NCBI GenBank assembly: GCA_964016885.1
Contig: OZ024750.1
Coordinates: 31,682,001-31,746,000 of the forward strand
DNA length: 64,000 nucleotides
Origin: Eledone cirrhosa
Taxonomy: Eukaryota
Reading direction: 5' to 3'
Position numbers and translations under genes: made by a program
Shown: positions 1 to 15,038 of the stretch, one piece after another
How the letters are laid out: the number at the start of each line of letters is the position of its first letter
Numbering within the stretch: position 1 is the stretch's first letter
Notes under the pieces: model-generated
Told to the model about the DNA's origin: nothing
The model's input: only the letters and a program-made list of their open reading frames with translations
The model's database searches: none

Positions 1-40
1 TATGTGTATATATATATATATGTGTATATATATATATATA

Positions 41-92
<52 letters not shown>

Positions 93-791
93 TGTGACAA
101 AATGGGGAGAAGAATACTGCAGGTTGCACATGGATAACATGTTATAAAATGAGTCCCTCATCAGTGATTTGCCAACGATCATAGATATTTCATTGCATTA
201 AAAATCATATACCTCACGTTGGTGCAATAATAACTAAATTAAGTTATTATGACAATTAAAACGCGTAAAGCGAGTGAGACAAGTAACAACAAAGAGGAAA
301 GCTAACCGTAGATAGGAAGGGCACAAGCTACATAGTTATTATGTCAGCATAAACTGGGTGAATATATGAGCGCGTAAAAAATAGACCTTTCGAGATGAAT
401 CCAAATGTAAGAAAGAAGGAAATTGTTTTCGTCGCGAACGGGGTGAAGTGAGAAGGGGAGAAACAGTGAATGAGTGAGTGGAAGTGTGAGGAAGAGGTCA
501 GTAGAGAGAAAGTGTTAACTGACATGACAGAGGGGGCGAAAGAAAGTAAGAGAAACAGAGAGAACGAGGGAGCAGTAAGAGAGAGAGAGAGAGAGAAAAA
601 CAGAATCGCAGTTTAGGTAAATATATGTGAAAAAATGGGGAGAAGAATACTGCAGGTTGCACATGGATAACATGTTATAAAATGTTATAACATGTTATAT
701 ATATTCATACATATATATATAAATAATTTATTATTATATTACATTCAAAGTAAAGGATGTCATGAATGATACAAAATCAAACACACACACG

Positions 792-846
<55 letters not shown>

Positions 847-3800
847 ATGTGTGATTTTCATATAATAAAATGAAACTATAATCTTTTACTTTTTGCAGAA
901 CTTTGGTGCATTTCTTGTATGTGTTTTACTTACATCGCAGTCTCCCTCTTACAAATCCTATTCTGCTAGTCTTTTAACAGGAAATAGAGATACCGATTAC
1001 GAATTGTGTGTGTACATGAGTGTATATATATATGGGTGTGCGTGTGTATGTATATTTGTATGTGTTTGTGTGTGACTATCTGTTCATATAATTGTATGAA
1101 TGGTTTTACATTTTAGCTATCTATATTTTTAGGTTAGTGTTCCTCATTCTGATTAGAAAGCTGTAGGGCATCGTGCCAAATTTCCACCTTTATTTATCCA
1201 TGAAATGTGTAGGACACTGCCGTAAAACAGAAAAAGTGATTACGATAATCGATTGAAAGTTTCACCATACAAACAGCACTACATAGTGTCAAGTTTTACA
1301 AAGTTACCATAGCCGAATTCTCGTGTTTTCTCATTTCTAACTAACAACGCTCCACGTTATTTTTCCGTCTATTCACGTAACGAGACATTGAAGACGTGTA
1401 TCACGTTTTATTTACTTATTCATTAAACATTTACTCGACAGCTTTGAACTAATGGTGATCGATCGTTACTTATCATTGTCTATCATTTATCGATATACTT
1501 CTCCATCAATTTACTTAACTCCACAGGGAACTTGCTTCTTTATTGATCTCAGTTCGCCTTTACTCATAACCAGCAGACGTAGCAGATCCGTTCACCTGGT
1601 GCCACATTATTATGTTAATGGTAGAAAGTTATTTTTTTTCTTCTTATAAATTTTGATAAACTACACGAGAACAGCTGTTACGTTGTTAGTTTATAAAAAA
1701 TACATTTGGCAAGGGAAAGCGAATATATATATTGCAAAGTATTAACGAAACAAAGTCTCTAGCACCCTTCAAACTAAAAAAAAAAAGAACATGTCTTTTT
1801 ACCTGCAAGGCAGCTAAATATGTAATGGACCTTGACATTTGAAATATATTTTGTGCTATTTCATTTTAATGTTATTTTAACATTTGAATATAAACTCCTG
1901 GTCAACATAGACGACAATGTGGTTTCTATTCTTGTTAGAAGCGATGTCACTTCACTGGTGGTCACATGTAGTTACAGAACATTAAAAAGGGTACCTCATG
2001 AGAAGATGAAGAGCGATGAGTCCCACCAAGCTTAACTACACACACACACAAAAACCCGCCGTATGTCTCCACCACTCAATCAGGAGTTACGGAGGACCAC
2101 ACCATATCATAAATGATCATCTTTCCGTTTCTTTTCCAGCGAGAGAAATGTTCTCTAGCTTTTTCTAGACTGGTAAAACATATGTTTACTGTATATATTA
2201 CATTTGATAGTACTATATCGAAACGACTAAACCACACAATAGTATTCGTTAATATCTCGTTCATTAGATACTCTTCTCAGCATTTCTTATTTTACATATC
2301 TTTATTGGTAATTCTTTATTTTGTTTCAGACATATTAAGGTACCAAATATGTCATATTACCTAATTAATCTTCAGTAGAGATATTGATAGATTAGAATTT
2401 AGACAAAACTGTTTCTTCCTAAACTATGAATTATAAGCCATATTTAATTACTTTTCTTTACTCCCGAATAACCTACTGGAAAAAGTATGTTTTAGAGCAA
2501 CTGTACAATTAATTCCTTCCTGTACATACTCTGAGCACTAGATTTAATAGTAGGTATGCATTGATATAATTTCACTCACATACTAGAATATTTCTCACTT
2601 ATAGAAATAGTTGTCATTAATTGCTGTGTTATCACGATCAAACGAAATCTCGATATAGAGCCTAATATAGACCCTATATAATTATGAAATACGTTATATA
2701 TAAATAGTAGAACTATAATCATATATCTTCATTTGGATCCATAGAAAATAGATTTTTAACGAAGTTGTTGAATTACACAAGCGATATAGAACAGAATATG
2801 CTATCAATTTCCCGATGATGACATGCGAACCATACAGAATTGTAATATATTAGGTGAATATTGTACGGCGGAAGAGAGTCTCATGTTTTATTATTTTAAC
2901 TTTGTTATGTCTGCTTGCAAACTAAAAGTAAACTATTTAACTTATTTAACTGTTTGGCAATTTGCATTGCATAGAATTTAACATCACAGTGAAACTAAAT
3001 GTATGAACAGGAAATATACACATAATTTAATTTAGAATACTACACAACCGAGTGAATGTTTCAATGTCTGTTTTGATATAATTAAATATTATATACTTTT
3101 TATTTTACTATATTTATATATAACATGTATCATTTGATATACATATTCTATAGAGATTCACATCTTCATCTTGGAATCAGACTATAAATGAGATTCAATG
3201 TATCGTGGCACTTTAATCCTTTCACAGATGATCCCTTCTCTATATCAGAACACCGCCGACTGCTTTCGGAGATGGCAAAGAGGCAGGATGGGTGACTGTG
3301 AGAGAGGGAGAGAATGACACAGACAGAGAAAGAATCAGCCTCATTATTGCACTGCTTTTTCTTCTGTTACAAATGTCGAAATGATTCAAGTGAAAATTAC
3401 CCCCGACGGTATTTGAAATCAGAGCGGAAAACATTTTGCCCAATCTTCTACCGTCTCTCTCAATTCGCCGGCACCTCTTGCGATGAATATACTATACATT
3501 TATAATAATTGTTTCTATACATTTATAATAATATGTTTAAATGTAGGCCATCTCTCACTTACAAGAAAAAAAAAACACGATTCTGTTTAACGTAGTGTTT
3601 CAGATAATTTTATGCTACTCCAAACGTAAAGATATCTTCTACCTTTCTTTGTCTTTTCTGTAATTTCATTCTCTATGCAGCCAAAACAGATTGGATTATA
3701 ATGTCATTGAATATCGATGGATTTTAAACAATGTGAAAGCGAGAAATGTCGATAATATTTTGTTCATCTGAACGTTTTATCACTCCTCAAAACACAGACA

Positions 3801-4144
3801 ATTATTATATAACAAACGTCTATGCTTGCATCTTTAAAACATGCTGTGAGCTACTCTTTTCAAATGTCTTTATTGATAAATACAATTAATATTAACACAA
3901 TTTATATATATATATTTTTAAAAAGTGATAAGAACTGCAAACATAATCAAACGCTACAATAAGCAGTACTATATAAGAATGAAAGTTGATCTTAGTGGGA
4001 TTTGAACTGAGAATGTAAAGTGCAACAAATAAATAATAATTGGGATTTATAGTTCAGGCACAAGGCGAATAATTTGTGGAGAGGGGAGTGGCAAATAAAT
4101 CGACTTCAGTATGACAGGTACTTTATTTTATCAACTATAATAAT

Positions 4145-4330
4145 TGTTTCTACGTTTGGTACAAGGCCAGCAAATACCAGTGCATTACTGGTACTTTATT
4201 TTATCGATCCCGTAAGGATGAAAAGCAAAGTTAACCTCGGCGGGATTTGAACTCAGAATGGCAAGAGCTGTAACTCTATACGTCAAAGCATGGCGTCCGA
4301 CCCTCTACCGATACTGCAAATCCACCACCC
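4145..4330 (-). mobile_element. tRNA-derived SINE with 16-bp TSD, nested in an older SINE; another copy at ~4353-4550
   Basis: A box (TTGCAGTATCGG in this copy), B box GAGTTCAAATCC, central CTTTTCATCCTTACGGGATCGATAAAATAAAGTACCAG; TSD tatcaactataataat at 4129-4144/4331-4346. Confidence 0.85.
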
Positions 4331-5007
4331 TATCAACTATAATAATAATAATAATTGTTTCTTCATTTGGCAGAAGGCTAGCAATTTGAAGGGAAGGAGA
4401 AAATCGATTAAATCGACTCCAGTGCGTTACTGGTGCTTTTTTTTATCAACACCTTAAGAATGAAAGAATAGCTCTCCTCGGCAGGATTTGAACCCAGAAA
4501 GCAAAAGACCAGAGCTATATGCCGCTAAGCCTTTTGTCCGATGCTCTACTAATTGTGATCATTAATGCTAGCACATTCTAAGCAATACCACACACAATAT
4601 TCATGGATGTTATAAGTCCTCAGCTACAATTATATAGAAATATTGTATTTCAAAATTAATTGCTAGTTTCTAATTTTGACGTAAAATAATAGAATTCTTA
4701 TCCTTCAGAACTTTTAAGCTTTGCTAACCTTAGGCTGAAAACATTAATTTATCTCTTAACCCTGCGATAAAAGAAAAAAAAAATCATTTCTTTCATACTT
4801 TCCTTTTCTTTATTTTCTAACTTTCTTTTCCTTCCTTATTTCCTTCTCTCGTTTTTATGTCATTTTATGATGCTTTTGTTTGTACGGTGGTTGATTCTGC
4901 CTTCGCCCTCTTTAAATCATTCATTAGATGGATTCAATTTGCCTGTGAGCATGTCCTATGTTGTTTAGGACTAGAGGAAATTAAAACACAGCAGATAACT
5001 CATTACC

Positions 5008-5362
5008 GGGGTGGTGGTTTGTCAGTATCTGTAGAGTATCGGACATGTAGTGTAGTATATAGTTACGGCCATTATGTTCTGATTTCAACTCCCATTGAAG
5101 TTAGCTTTACTTTCACCCACACGGGATCGATAAGATAAAGTACTAGTAACGCACTGACGTTGATTTAATCGCCTTTCCGCTCCTCCAAAATTGTTGGCCT
5201 TGGGTCTCGGACATGCTTTCCAACATAGTTACGTCCTTTTACGATCTGAGTTCAAATCCAGTCGAGGTTAACTTCACCTTTCATCCTTACGGGGTTGATA
5301 AAATAAAGTACCAGTAATGTACTGCGTAATTGCTGGCCTTGAGCCTAAAATAGAAACAATTA
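5008..5362 (+). mobile_element. Two adjacent tRNA-SINE copies
   Basis: Same A/B box and central-domain sequence, ending agaaacaattatt. Confidence 0.75.
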
Positions 5363-5461
5363 TTTCTTGAGGTAACTAAATAATATTCAGATATTAATAC
5401 CAAACGAAGATTAATAACATTGTAAACACAACCTCCTATCTCTCCCTCACATAATTACATA

Positions 5462-5586
<125 letters not shown>

Positions 5587-8500
5587 GCGCGCGCATATAT
5601 ATATATATATATGAGCCCATGTATATATGTGAAAGGTGTGTTTACATATTGGTGTTTATTTTTACGTGTACACCCAAAACCGATGACGATTACTCGGAGG
5701 TTCTCACATCATGCATTCAATCAGCCGAAAGGTATATACCACAGGCCAAGCATTATGATGTGAGAGTGCATTCACTGTTCTTTCTAGTAAGTGAGTGATC
5801 ACACCAAGGCTCTGAGAACTACTTTAAGGGTACGGTTGTCTGTGGAATGCTCAGCAATTTGCGCGTTTATTTCACGAGCAGGCTGCTCCACTGATCGAAT
5901 CAACTTGAACACTCGCCGTCGTAACTGACGAAGTGCCAGTTTCATTTTAGTTAGGTATGGTCGAGTTTCTGTTTGATTCGTATACGACAAATTGCACCTT
6001 ACAAGCTTAATCACGTGGGCATGTTTCTGGCTTTCTAATATATGTATGTTTGTATGTCTGTATGTATGTTTGTATGTACGTATGTATGTTTGTGTGTATG
6101 TGAAGGACCCCTAGCCTTTGTCAGGGCATTCTTCTAGGAGAAGGGAACTTAGGAAACTGGGATAACTCTGATATAAAACCTGCGGCTCAGTAGTTACCAA
6201 TGATGTTGATCTTTTCTTCTTTTCGGGTTATAGCTACTGTCGCTCAGAGAGTGGGTTTGGCTCAGTGCACAGTCTTTCCTCACTTTAAAAAATATCTTCA
6301 CGCACAGGCATTGCACGATAGAATTAATTAATAATTATTAATAATGTTATATCGTGCAATGGCCATGCTCGATAACGAGGGGGCAGCCATCATCATCATA
6401 TATGTATGTTTGTGTGTATGTATATATGTAAATAAGCATGCAATTATGTATGTAATTATGTAAATATGCATGTATGCATGCATATATGTATAATTACATG
6501 TATGCCGACTATAATTGTACTGTTACCTTATAAGTTTAGTACGAAGGAAACAATAGCAAATGTGTCAATCATGTTATATTTCCGAGTAAAGGTTTGTGGA
6601 CCTGACCACTCTCCGTGTTTTATTTAATCATTTAATATCCAATTCCTTGCGATGTCACTTTACTAAAATTACGCTGAAAATAACAAAGGCCCTTATTGGA
6701 AAAGTTCATGTTTGCATGCTGTGTGGCATGAAGAAAATTACTCTCACGTGTAGAATTACAACTAAAATAATATATATTGGATATGACGCGTTCCTTCTTT
6801 TGTATATCTATAAAACTATCATATATAAAAGACGCCTCATGTTACCTAACCTGTACCCCCCCCCCCCCCAAAAAAAAAAACAAGACAGCAAAGTAATAGC
6901 TTACTTCATATCACTCTGTTATATATATTATTCACTCCCTTGGTCTCTCTTAGACAGGAAAGTTTGGTCCTTTCAGCAACAACAGTGTTAGAGTCTTATT
7001 AATTTTATCATGGAAATACCTTAAATATTTACACAATGTAGCTGATAAAGATATTTGGTTTATTTAGCGATGATCATATTAAAGACAAATCGATTATCGT
7101 TATCATTTTCTCTTTATTTATTTCTTTTCGGATAATATTTTCATGGCTTTTAAATAATATCGTTCGACATAGAGAGCGATGAAAATAATATTGAATCTAA
7201 TCGAACTCTGTAACATTTCTATATTGCATAGTTCTCTGATTTGGTGAGGTTCAATATGGGGGCAGAAAATGTGAAGTGTAAATGTTGAGAAACAAATGTA
7301 CACACACTCTATGTCATTCCGAAACCCTCTCCCTTCTATCCAGGCTTAATCATGATTGTTTGTTAGATTTAGACTATATTTAACAATTCTGGTAAGAATT
7401 CCAAACTTTTTTATTTTGGCGTTTTTACTACATCAGCATACAATTTCTGTTGAATACATTGATAACCTAATAACACTGTAGTAATATGTTAAACACTGTA
7501 GTAATATGATAAACACTGTAGTAATATGTTATCTTTTCCATATAATTTCGAGAGCATAGCAATTATAGCTATGGTGAAAGCTGGTACTAATCAAATACAT
7601 TTATCAATTCTTTTATACTTGGAAAAGAAGATTGCTTGCAAATCTGCACAGTTCTCTAGCTGAAGATTCTTTCTTTCTCTTTTATATAATGAATGCAGGT
7701 GTATGCAATTTATATACACAAGTATGTTACTTAAAATAATACAACATTTATAACATTGGTTTCATGATCAAATATATTGCAGTTTATACAGACGTCGTTG
7801 TTTCTTATATTTGAACAGGTGACAAAGGTTTTGGCATCAGAAAGTAATTAGAGAAATAGTTTGGAACAAACCTGATTCTCAAGCATTTTCGTTTGGAAAC
7901 CACATCTCATTTAAAATATATCAAACCAAATGCAGTGTGCCAGCTTTCTACTTTAACAAAATGTTTCTATACGCTTCAGCTATTTGATCAAGAGAAATTC
8001 TCGCTGGCAAAATTTAACTCTGATATAGATGGTTAATGAGACATCATCCTATCTTCTTGAAATAAGATTGTTCTGTTGCATTTAATCTTCTTTAAACTCT
8101 ATATTATAGATTTCTGTAAGTGGATATCACAGACGATTTAAATATAAATTGATTCGAAATGCTTAAAGAAAGCTAGAAATTTCCTGGAATACAAAATGGA
8201 TTTTGTAACACTTTTGCCGTGGTTTAGATTTTAGGACACTTTATTTGTTGCCATAAAAATCAATTTACCCATTAACATTCTTTCAATTTACTTATATCCA
8301 AAAGCCTAAAACAGAAGCTAATGATGACTGAGAGGTGCTGTCTTGTATAGATAAAGAGGTTGCTAGTTAACATACATATATATCGGTTTAAATTTAAGTT
8401 TGAATATATTATATTTTAATGGCAAACGTTGTTGAAATGGACGCTACACATATCTTCTCAACTCCATTATAGGTAGTCAATAGACATTTGAATTGAAGGA

Positions 8501-9524
8501 ATGAAATGCAATCTAATTAGATCGATTTTCTCTATTAAAATGAAGATTGAAAGAAAGTAAAAATTGTAAGGTCTTTGCCGTTTCTCGGTTTATTAACTGT
8601 ATCAACACTTAGTAATGATAAATAGGAAAATAGATAAAAACTTGCAAAGAACATTTCCCATAAATAATTCCCTTAAACAGTAATTTTATCAATACGTTTG
8701 ATAAAATGTGATAAACAATGTTTGTAGTTGCCGGCTTATGAGACGCCCCTCACCCCCCAAAAACAACAACTTAAAAAAGATGTTCCCTGCATCTAATACG
8801 CCCGTATAACTGATGGGGGGTGGAACGGAGGGTGAGGATAATCATGGTTAAAATTTAGCTTGTATTACTATTAATATTCCTAATATACATGCATATTTTA
8901 TAAGAAAAATAATGTAGAACTTGTATAACGGATTTTGAAAAAAACATTAAAATAATTTTTGTAAATTTATAAAGAAGGGTACGAAAATTATTTTTGTCTC
9001 AAAGTGTCCTTTTAAAAGCAGGTAGTGTCTAATACGAATGAGCGTCTAATAGGCCAGAAAATAGGCTTTATAAATTAAGGGGTACAGGTATATTCATTTT
9101 TCAAACTATTAATGATAACATTTTAAACAGTACATGCAAAATCTGCGAGGACATTTATCTTTCCTACATAAGAAGAATACAACCTAAAACTTTCAGAAGA
9201 GAATGTATTAATTGTTAATACAGGTATCATATTTTGATAATCTATAGTTTTATCGATACGCAGCACCATAAGATATATTCCATAAAACTGATTGTTTCTT
9301 CCTTGCAATCATACATAATTATTTGTAGATCATCTTGAGTATATCCAGTACGTGCATCGGAATCTTCTTTTAAGTGATAGGGTATAGAAATCCCTCGTTT
9401 ACGTATTTCCAACTAGATCTGAAAATCCATTAACAGTGTTTAACATTTCTTTCAATTTACAGGGAAATTCGTTTATTTGTCATGTAAATTTATTTATATA
9501 TATATTTACGCATTCTCAGATACC

Positions 9525-9581
9525 TATATATAGATATATATATATATATATATATATATAGGTATATATATATATATATAT

Positions 9582-9658
<77 letters not shown>

Positions 9659-9683
9659 TATATATATATATATATATATATAG

Positions 9684-9728
<45 letters not shown>

Positions 9729-9732
9729 TAGG

Positions 9733-9765
<33 letters not shown>

Positions 9766-9768
9766 TAT

Positions 9769-9858
<90 letters not shown>

Positions 9859-9887
9859 GTAGGTATATATATATATATATATATAGG

Positions 9888-9940
<53 letters not shown>

Positions 9941-9982
9941 GTATATATATAGGTATATATATATATATAGGTATATATATAT

Positions 9983-10017
<35 letters not shown>

Positions 10018-10110
10018 TATATATATATATATATAGGTATATATATATATATATATAGGTATATATATATATATATAGGTATATATATATAGGTATATAT
10101 ATATATATAT

Positions 10111-10163
<53 letters not shown>

Positions 10164-10482
10164 TAGGTATATATATATATATATAGGTATATAGGTATAT
10201 ATATATATATATATATATAGGTATATATATATATATATATAGGTATATATATATATATATAGGTATATAAATATATAGGTATATATATATATATAGGTAT
10301 ATATATATATATAGGTATATATATATATATAGGTATATATAGGTATATATATATATATAGGTATATATATATATATAGGTATATATATATATATATATAT
10401 ATATAGGTATATATATATATATATATATATATAGGTATATATATATATATAGGTATATATAGGTATATATATATATATATAT

Positions 10483-10527
<45 letters not shown>

Positions 10528-10552
10528 TATATATATATATATATATATATAT

Positions 10553-10587
<35 letters not shown>

Positions 10588-10604
10588 TATATATATATAT
10601 ATAT
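9525..10604. repeat. (TA)n microsatellite with TAGG interruptions
   Basis: Read directly; it explains the spurious YIYIP ORF. Confidence 0.95.
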
Positions 10605-11485
10605 CGATCGACTTTCGTCAAATCGGACCGAAGAAACAATGTTTCCGTTGGTCTTTCCAGTTGCTAGTACTATCTATCAGGCGCAACGTTAAATAAAGTG
10701 TCATACTCAAGGACATAACGCATCGCCCGTTCCAGGAATCGAACTCACAACCTCACGATTGCGAATCCAATTATCTTACCACTCAGCCTCTCCCTCTTAC
10801 CTATTCTAAACAATATGTATTAGTAACTAGACAACGCCTTTGTCACTTTTAATTCATATTCTCTCTATCTCACTTGTTGTTTTTACTTAAGTTCTGCCAT
10901 TTTGAACTCTCTTTCTTCATCCTTTCTCCCCCTCTCTCTCTTTCTCTTTCTTACTCACTTATTCTCTTTATCTCTTACCCTCTATCCCCCCCCCCCACCC
11001 TCACTCGCTGTGCTCCCTTGCCGCTCCCCTCCCTCGACTTCCGTTTTTCCTTCGTCTCTTCCTTTCTGCGCCTGTTTCGCTAAGATCAGACGTCTTTCTC
11101 TTCGCTCTCTCTGGTACTGTTAATACGGATTCGGGGCTTAGCCCGGTCTCCATATTAACCTCTCCCTCTCTCCCACTGATTACTGGAACTTACATGTACT
11201 ACTGTCTCGTGTTTCCCCCTCTGTAACGGTATGTTTTTCTTCTGTTATTTTCTTTTTCTACCGTTCTCTTCACAATCGTCTCTTTTTTTGATTTTGTTTT
11301 CTTCCCTAATAACTAATCTTCTTAGTTATTAACGCACTGTGGTGACATGTACTATCTGTAATGCGTCGAAACATAAGCGACCCACAGCAGACAGCCGAAA
11401 GCGGGTATTGTCCTTTTGTGTGTATCTCTCTTACGATTTCTAAACAATATTTATTAGTAAACACACAGCGCCTTTGTAACGTTTA

Positions 11486-11569
<84 letters not shown>

Positions 11570-12079
11570 ACGTCCGTTTGTATAGAAGTACATGCAATGA
11601 AAATGTGTTGGATTTCCAATGTAATAATCAGAATTGAATTGAGAGAGAAATCAAATAAATATACCTAACTGTCCCAAGGATTTCACACATTTTCTAATAT
11701 ATATATATATTTTTTTTTTTTTAAAGAGAGGGATATAGAGAGAGGAAAGGTGAAGTTGGAAATAGCACGGAAAATATATTTATGGGTCTGTTCTTTTTTA
11801 TTCTTTCTTTGATTCGTCAAAGTGACATTATTGAAAAGATGACATTGAAAAAATGAGAGGGACAATTCTTTTAAAAAAAGTTGTATAATATATATATATG
11901 TACTCTATATCTATTTTGCATAGAACCTTACTTCCCTTTTCTAATATATATATATATATATATATACAATACATAAACAGAGAAAGCCTTAAGCGATACT
12001 CCGACCAACTCCAATTCACTAAGACATAAACTTATATAACTGTTAAACATTTTTAACAGTTATATATGTTTGTTTTAGT

Positions 12080-12262
12080 GAATCGGCAGTATCGGTAGAG
12101 GGTCGGACGCCATGCTTTGACACTTAGTTACGGCCCTTGCCATTCTCAGTTCAAATCCCGCCGAGGTTAACTTTGCCTTTCATCCTTACGGGGTCGATAA
12201 AATGAAGTACCAGTAATGTACTGTTAATTGCTGGCCTTGTGCCAATAGTAGAAACAATTAAT
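12080..12262 (+). mobile_element. tRNA-derived SINE
   Basis: Full consensus match to the other copies. Confidence 0.85.
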
Positions 12263-12407
12263 TATTTATATATCTATTTACACATTCCAATACGCACCCT
12301 CTGTATTATATGTAATTGTTCATGTTTCAATTTAAATATCGAGTATTGTCATAACTAATCACTGACATGACTAAATTATAACCATCAAGGTATGTCAGGC
12401 ATCAACT

Positions 12408-12473
12408 TATTTTATCTGATGAGGACGTACTGTTGAATTAGCTCAGTACCTCTGAAATATGTATACTAAAATA
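12408..12473 (+). ncRNA. Degenerate type I hammerhead, same family as 14704
   Basis: UAUUUUAU CUGAUGA GGACGUACUG...CAGUACCUCU GAA AUAUGUAU A/CUAAAAUA; mismatch next to the cleavage site. Confidence 0.55.
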
Positions 12474-12516
12474 TATTTTTATCACATGAATGTCTATATT
12501 TATTAATATTTTGAAG

Positions 12517-12567
<51 letters not shown>

Positions 12568-12678
12568 ATGAAGGTGCATGATATATTGTTTAGAGCGTCA
12601 AGCTTTACAATTCTGAGGTTTTATATATTCTTGAGCAAAACACTTTATTTTACTTAGCTGTAGAAACTAGTTGGGATG

Positions 12679-12715
<37 letters not shown>

Positions 12716-12719
<4 letters not shown>

Positions 12720-13370
12720 ATTAAATAAATGGAAACTATATTTATAAAACCATATTTATTTCATTATATATATTTCAGGGATATCATATTAACAATATGC
12801 TATGCCTTCCTCAGACAAAATACAATATAAACAGTTTTATAGATAAATAGATTCGACATACCGTAACAACATCGACTTGCATTTGAAAAGGTTGATTTGG
12901 TAGTGAAAAAATTGTACACAGAGAGAAAGAAAGAGAGAAAAAAAGGAAAGAAAGACAGAAAACGAAGAAAAAGAAGAAAAAGAAGAAATGCATGGAACAA
13001 AATAGAGAGATGGAAAGATAGATAAAGAGAAGAACTTCATGTAAAGAGACAGAAAGATATATATATATAGAGAGAGAGAGGAAATAGAGATAGATACATA
13101 TATATAGAAAACTAGGTAGTGGGACGTCTGTTGAATAACGTATCAATGATACATTTATTTATTTATTTATTTAGCTCTAGTATTAATGTAAGGGAGATAT
13201 ATGGAGAGAAACCAGCTGTTATATAGAGAGAGAAAAAAAAAAAAAAAAAAATATAGAGAGAGAAAAAATATAGAGAGAAAAAAATATAGAGAGAGAAAAA
13301 ATTTAAAAATAACCAGACACAGGCGAGGCGTAAAAACCTCTGTTTTAATGTAGAGGTATTAGTATTTACA
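12716..13370 (-). mobile_element. Dispersed ~650-bp HHR-bearing repeat (other copies 57981-58620 and partial 41568-41780)
   Basis: Near-identical sequence at 57981-58620; diverged partial copy at 41568; every copy abuts (TA)n on the left. Confidence 0.8.
12757..12822 (-). ncRNA. Type I hammerhead ribozyme, CUGAGGA core (copies at 41611-41676 and 58023-58088)
   Basis: UAUUUUGU CUGAGGA AGGCAUAGCAUAUU-GUU-AAUAUGAUAUCCCU GAA AUAUAUAU A/AUGAAAUA; palindromic (AU)n stem III, AUA triplet; the 41611 copy has a U-A pair where the others have a G.A mismatch in stem II. Confidence 0.75.
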
Positions 13371-14265
13371 AAACCAGCCACTACATTGTAAATATCAGTA
13401 TTCCTGAATGAGACATGTATCCACAATGTGTGAAAATTAATGATCTAATGTTTAGTTTTTAAAAAAAATTCATATGTTTATGTGATAATTACAAACATCT
13501 ATGTGAATCTACATGATCAACTCTGCAAACCCTAAGTTCACGGAAAACATTCTCAATGTGGTATAAAAATTTAAGTATACATATATGTGTATATATATAC
13601 ACACAAATATATATAGAGTCAATATTACTATTTCTGTCTTTACTCTACAAGATTATCTATCAAGCAAAAATAGAGCAGGTTTCAATATACTAATAAAAAT
13701 AAAAATATATCAGAAACAAAACTAAAAATAACAATAATAATAATAAGTAATAATAAAATAGAAAACTAAAAAATATTACGAAAGAATATTACATATTAAA
13801 AATATTACATATTAAAAAATTTACATATTAAAAATATTAAAAATAAAAATATTAGGAAATACTACAATAATAAAAATAAACCACAAAGATCAACCCTTCA
13901 AAATGAATTGACAATATATTGCCAAGTTCATTATAAACACCAGAGTCGAAAAACAGATAAAGCCAAAAATTATCTATCAAATCGAATCTAGCAAAGATCA
14001 TTTCAAAAAGTTTAGGATGCCCAATTTGGTCTACTTGTGTTCTTATATTTAATATAGAAGTTTATCTAGTGTAACGTTTATTCGAAATATTTGGAGCATC
14101 AACTTTTAGGGTAGCTTAATTTTTCATGAAGAATGTTTAAATAAAAATAAAAATAAAAATAAAAATAAAAATAAAAATAAAAATAAAAAGAATAAAAAGA
14201 GAATCAAAAATTTATCGGCTAGTTTCCCATATAATTATAACCCAACAATTTAAATATAACTTTCC

Positions 14266-14352
<87 letters not shown>

Positions 14353-14517
14353 TGTTAAACAATATTCGATGATTATGTCAAAGAATGAGTTTTACAGTAG
14401 ATTGGAAGCACTCAACTGCAAATAATTTTCAGGAGTTAAGATTTAATCACTACCTTGATTAAATCTTAAACATTTAACATCTCAGGTTATGTCATGTATT
14501 ATTATATTTTGTCTGAT

Positions 14518-14704
14518 AGGGTGGTGGATTGGCAGTATCGGTAGAGGGTCGGACGCTAGGCTTTGACGTTTAGAGTTACGACCCTTGCCATTCTGAGTTC
14601 AAATCCCGCCGAGGTTAACTTTGCCTTTCATCCTTACGGGTTGATAAAATAAAGTACCAGTAATACACTGGATAATTGCTGACCTTGTGCCTAATGTAGA
14701 AAGA
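14518..14704 (+). mobile_element. tRNA-derived SINE with 17-bp TSD
   Basis: TSD attatattttgtctgat at 14501-14517/14705-14721. Confidence 0.9.
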
Positions 14705-14768
14705 ATTATATTTTGTCTGATGAGGACGTACTGTTGTACATCCGAAATATGTATAATAAAATGTAATT
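14704..14768 (+). ncRNA. Type I hammerhead ribozyme
   Basis: AAUUAUAUUUUGU CUGAUGA GGACGUAC-UGUU-GUACAUCC GAA AUAUGUAU A/AUAAAAUGUAAUU; 13-bp stem I including G-U pairs. Confidence 0.75.
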
Positions 14769-14802
14769 GATCTAAAGAACATCTATTTTATAAATACTTA
14801 TA

Positions 14803-14845
<43 letters not shown>

Positions 14846-14890
14846 GTAATCTTAGTTTTTCGAATATTAATAACATTTGATTCGTTTGCA

Positions 14891-15038
14891 ATTATGCAAA
14901 CATGCCTCAATTGTATAGCCATGTCAGCAGAATGAACCCTTTATTCTTGCTTTTGTGTTGGCATATGCCAACACAAGAGCAAGAATAAAGGGTTCATTCT
15001 GCTGACATGGCTATACAATTGAGGCTTGTTTGCATAAT
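14891..15038. repeat. Spacerless 148-bp palindrome
   Basis: 74-bp arms with 2 mismatches, centre at 14964/14965. Confidence 0.9.

Noticed and set aside
5799-6014. Possible Tc1 transposase HTH remnant
   Set aside because: Only vague resemblance; no DDE region or TIRs seen.
12080-12170. tRNA genes at SINE heads
   Set aside because: A and B boxes are present, but there is no cloverleaf and they are attached to SINE bodies.
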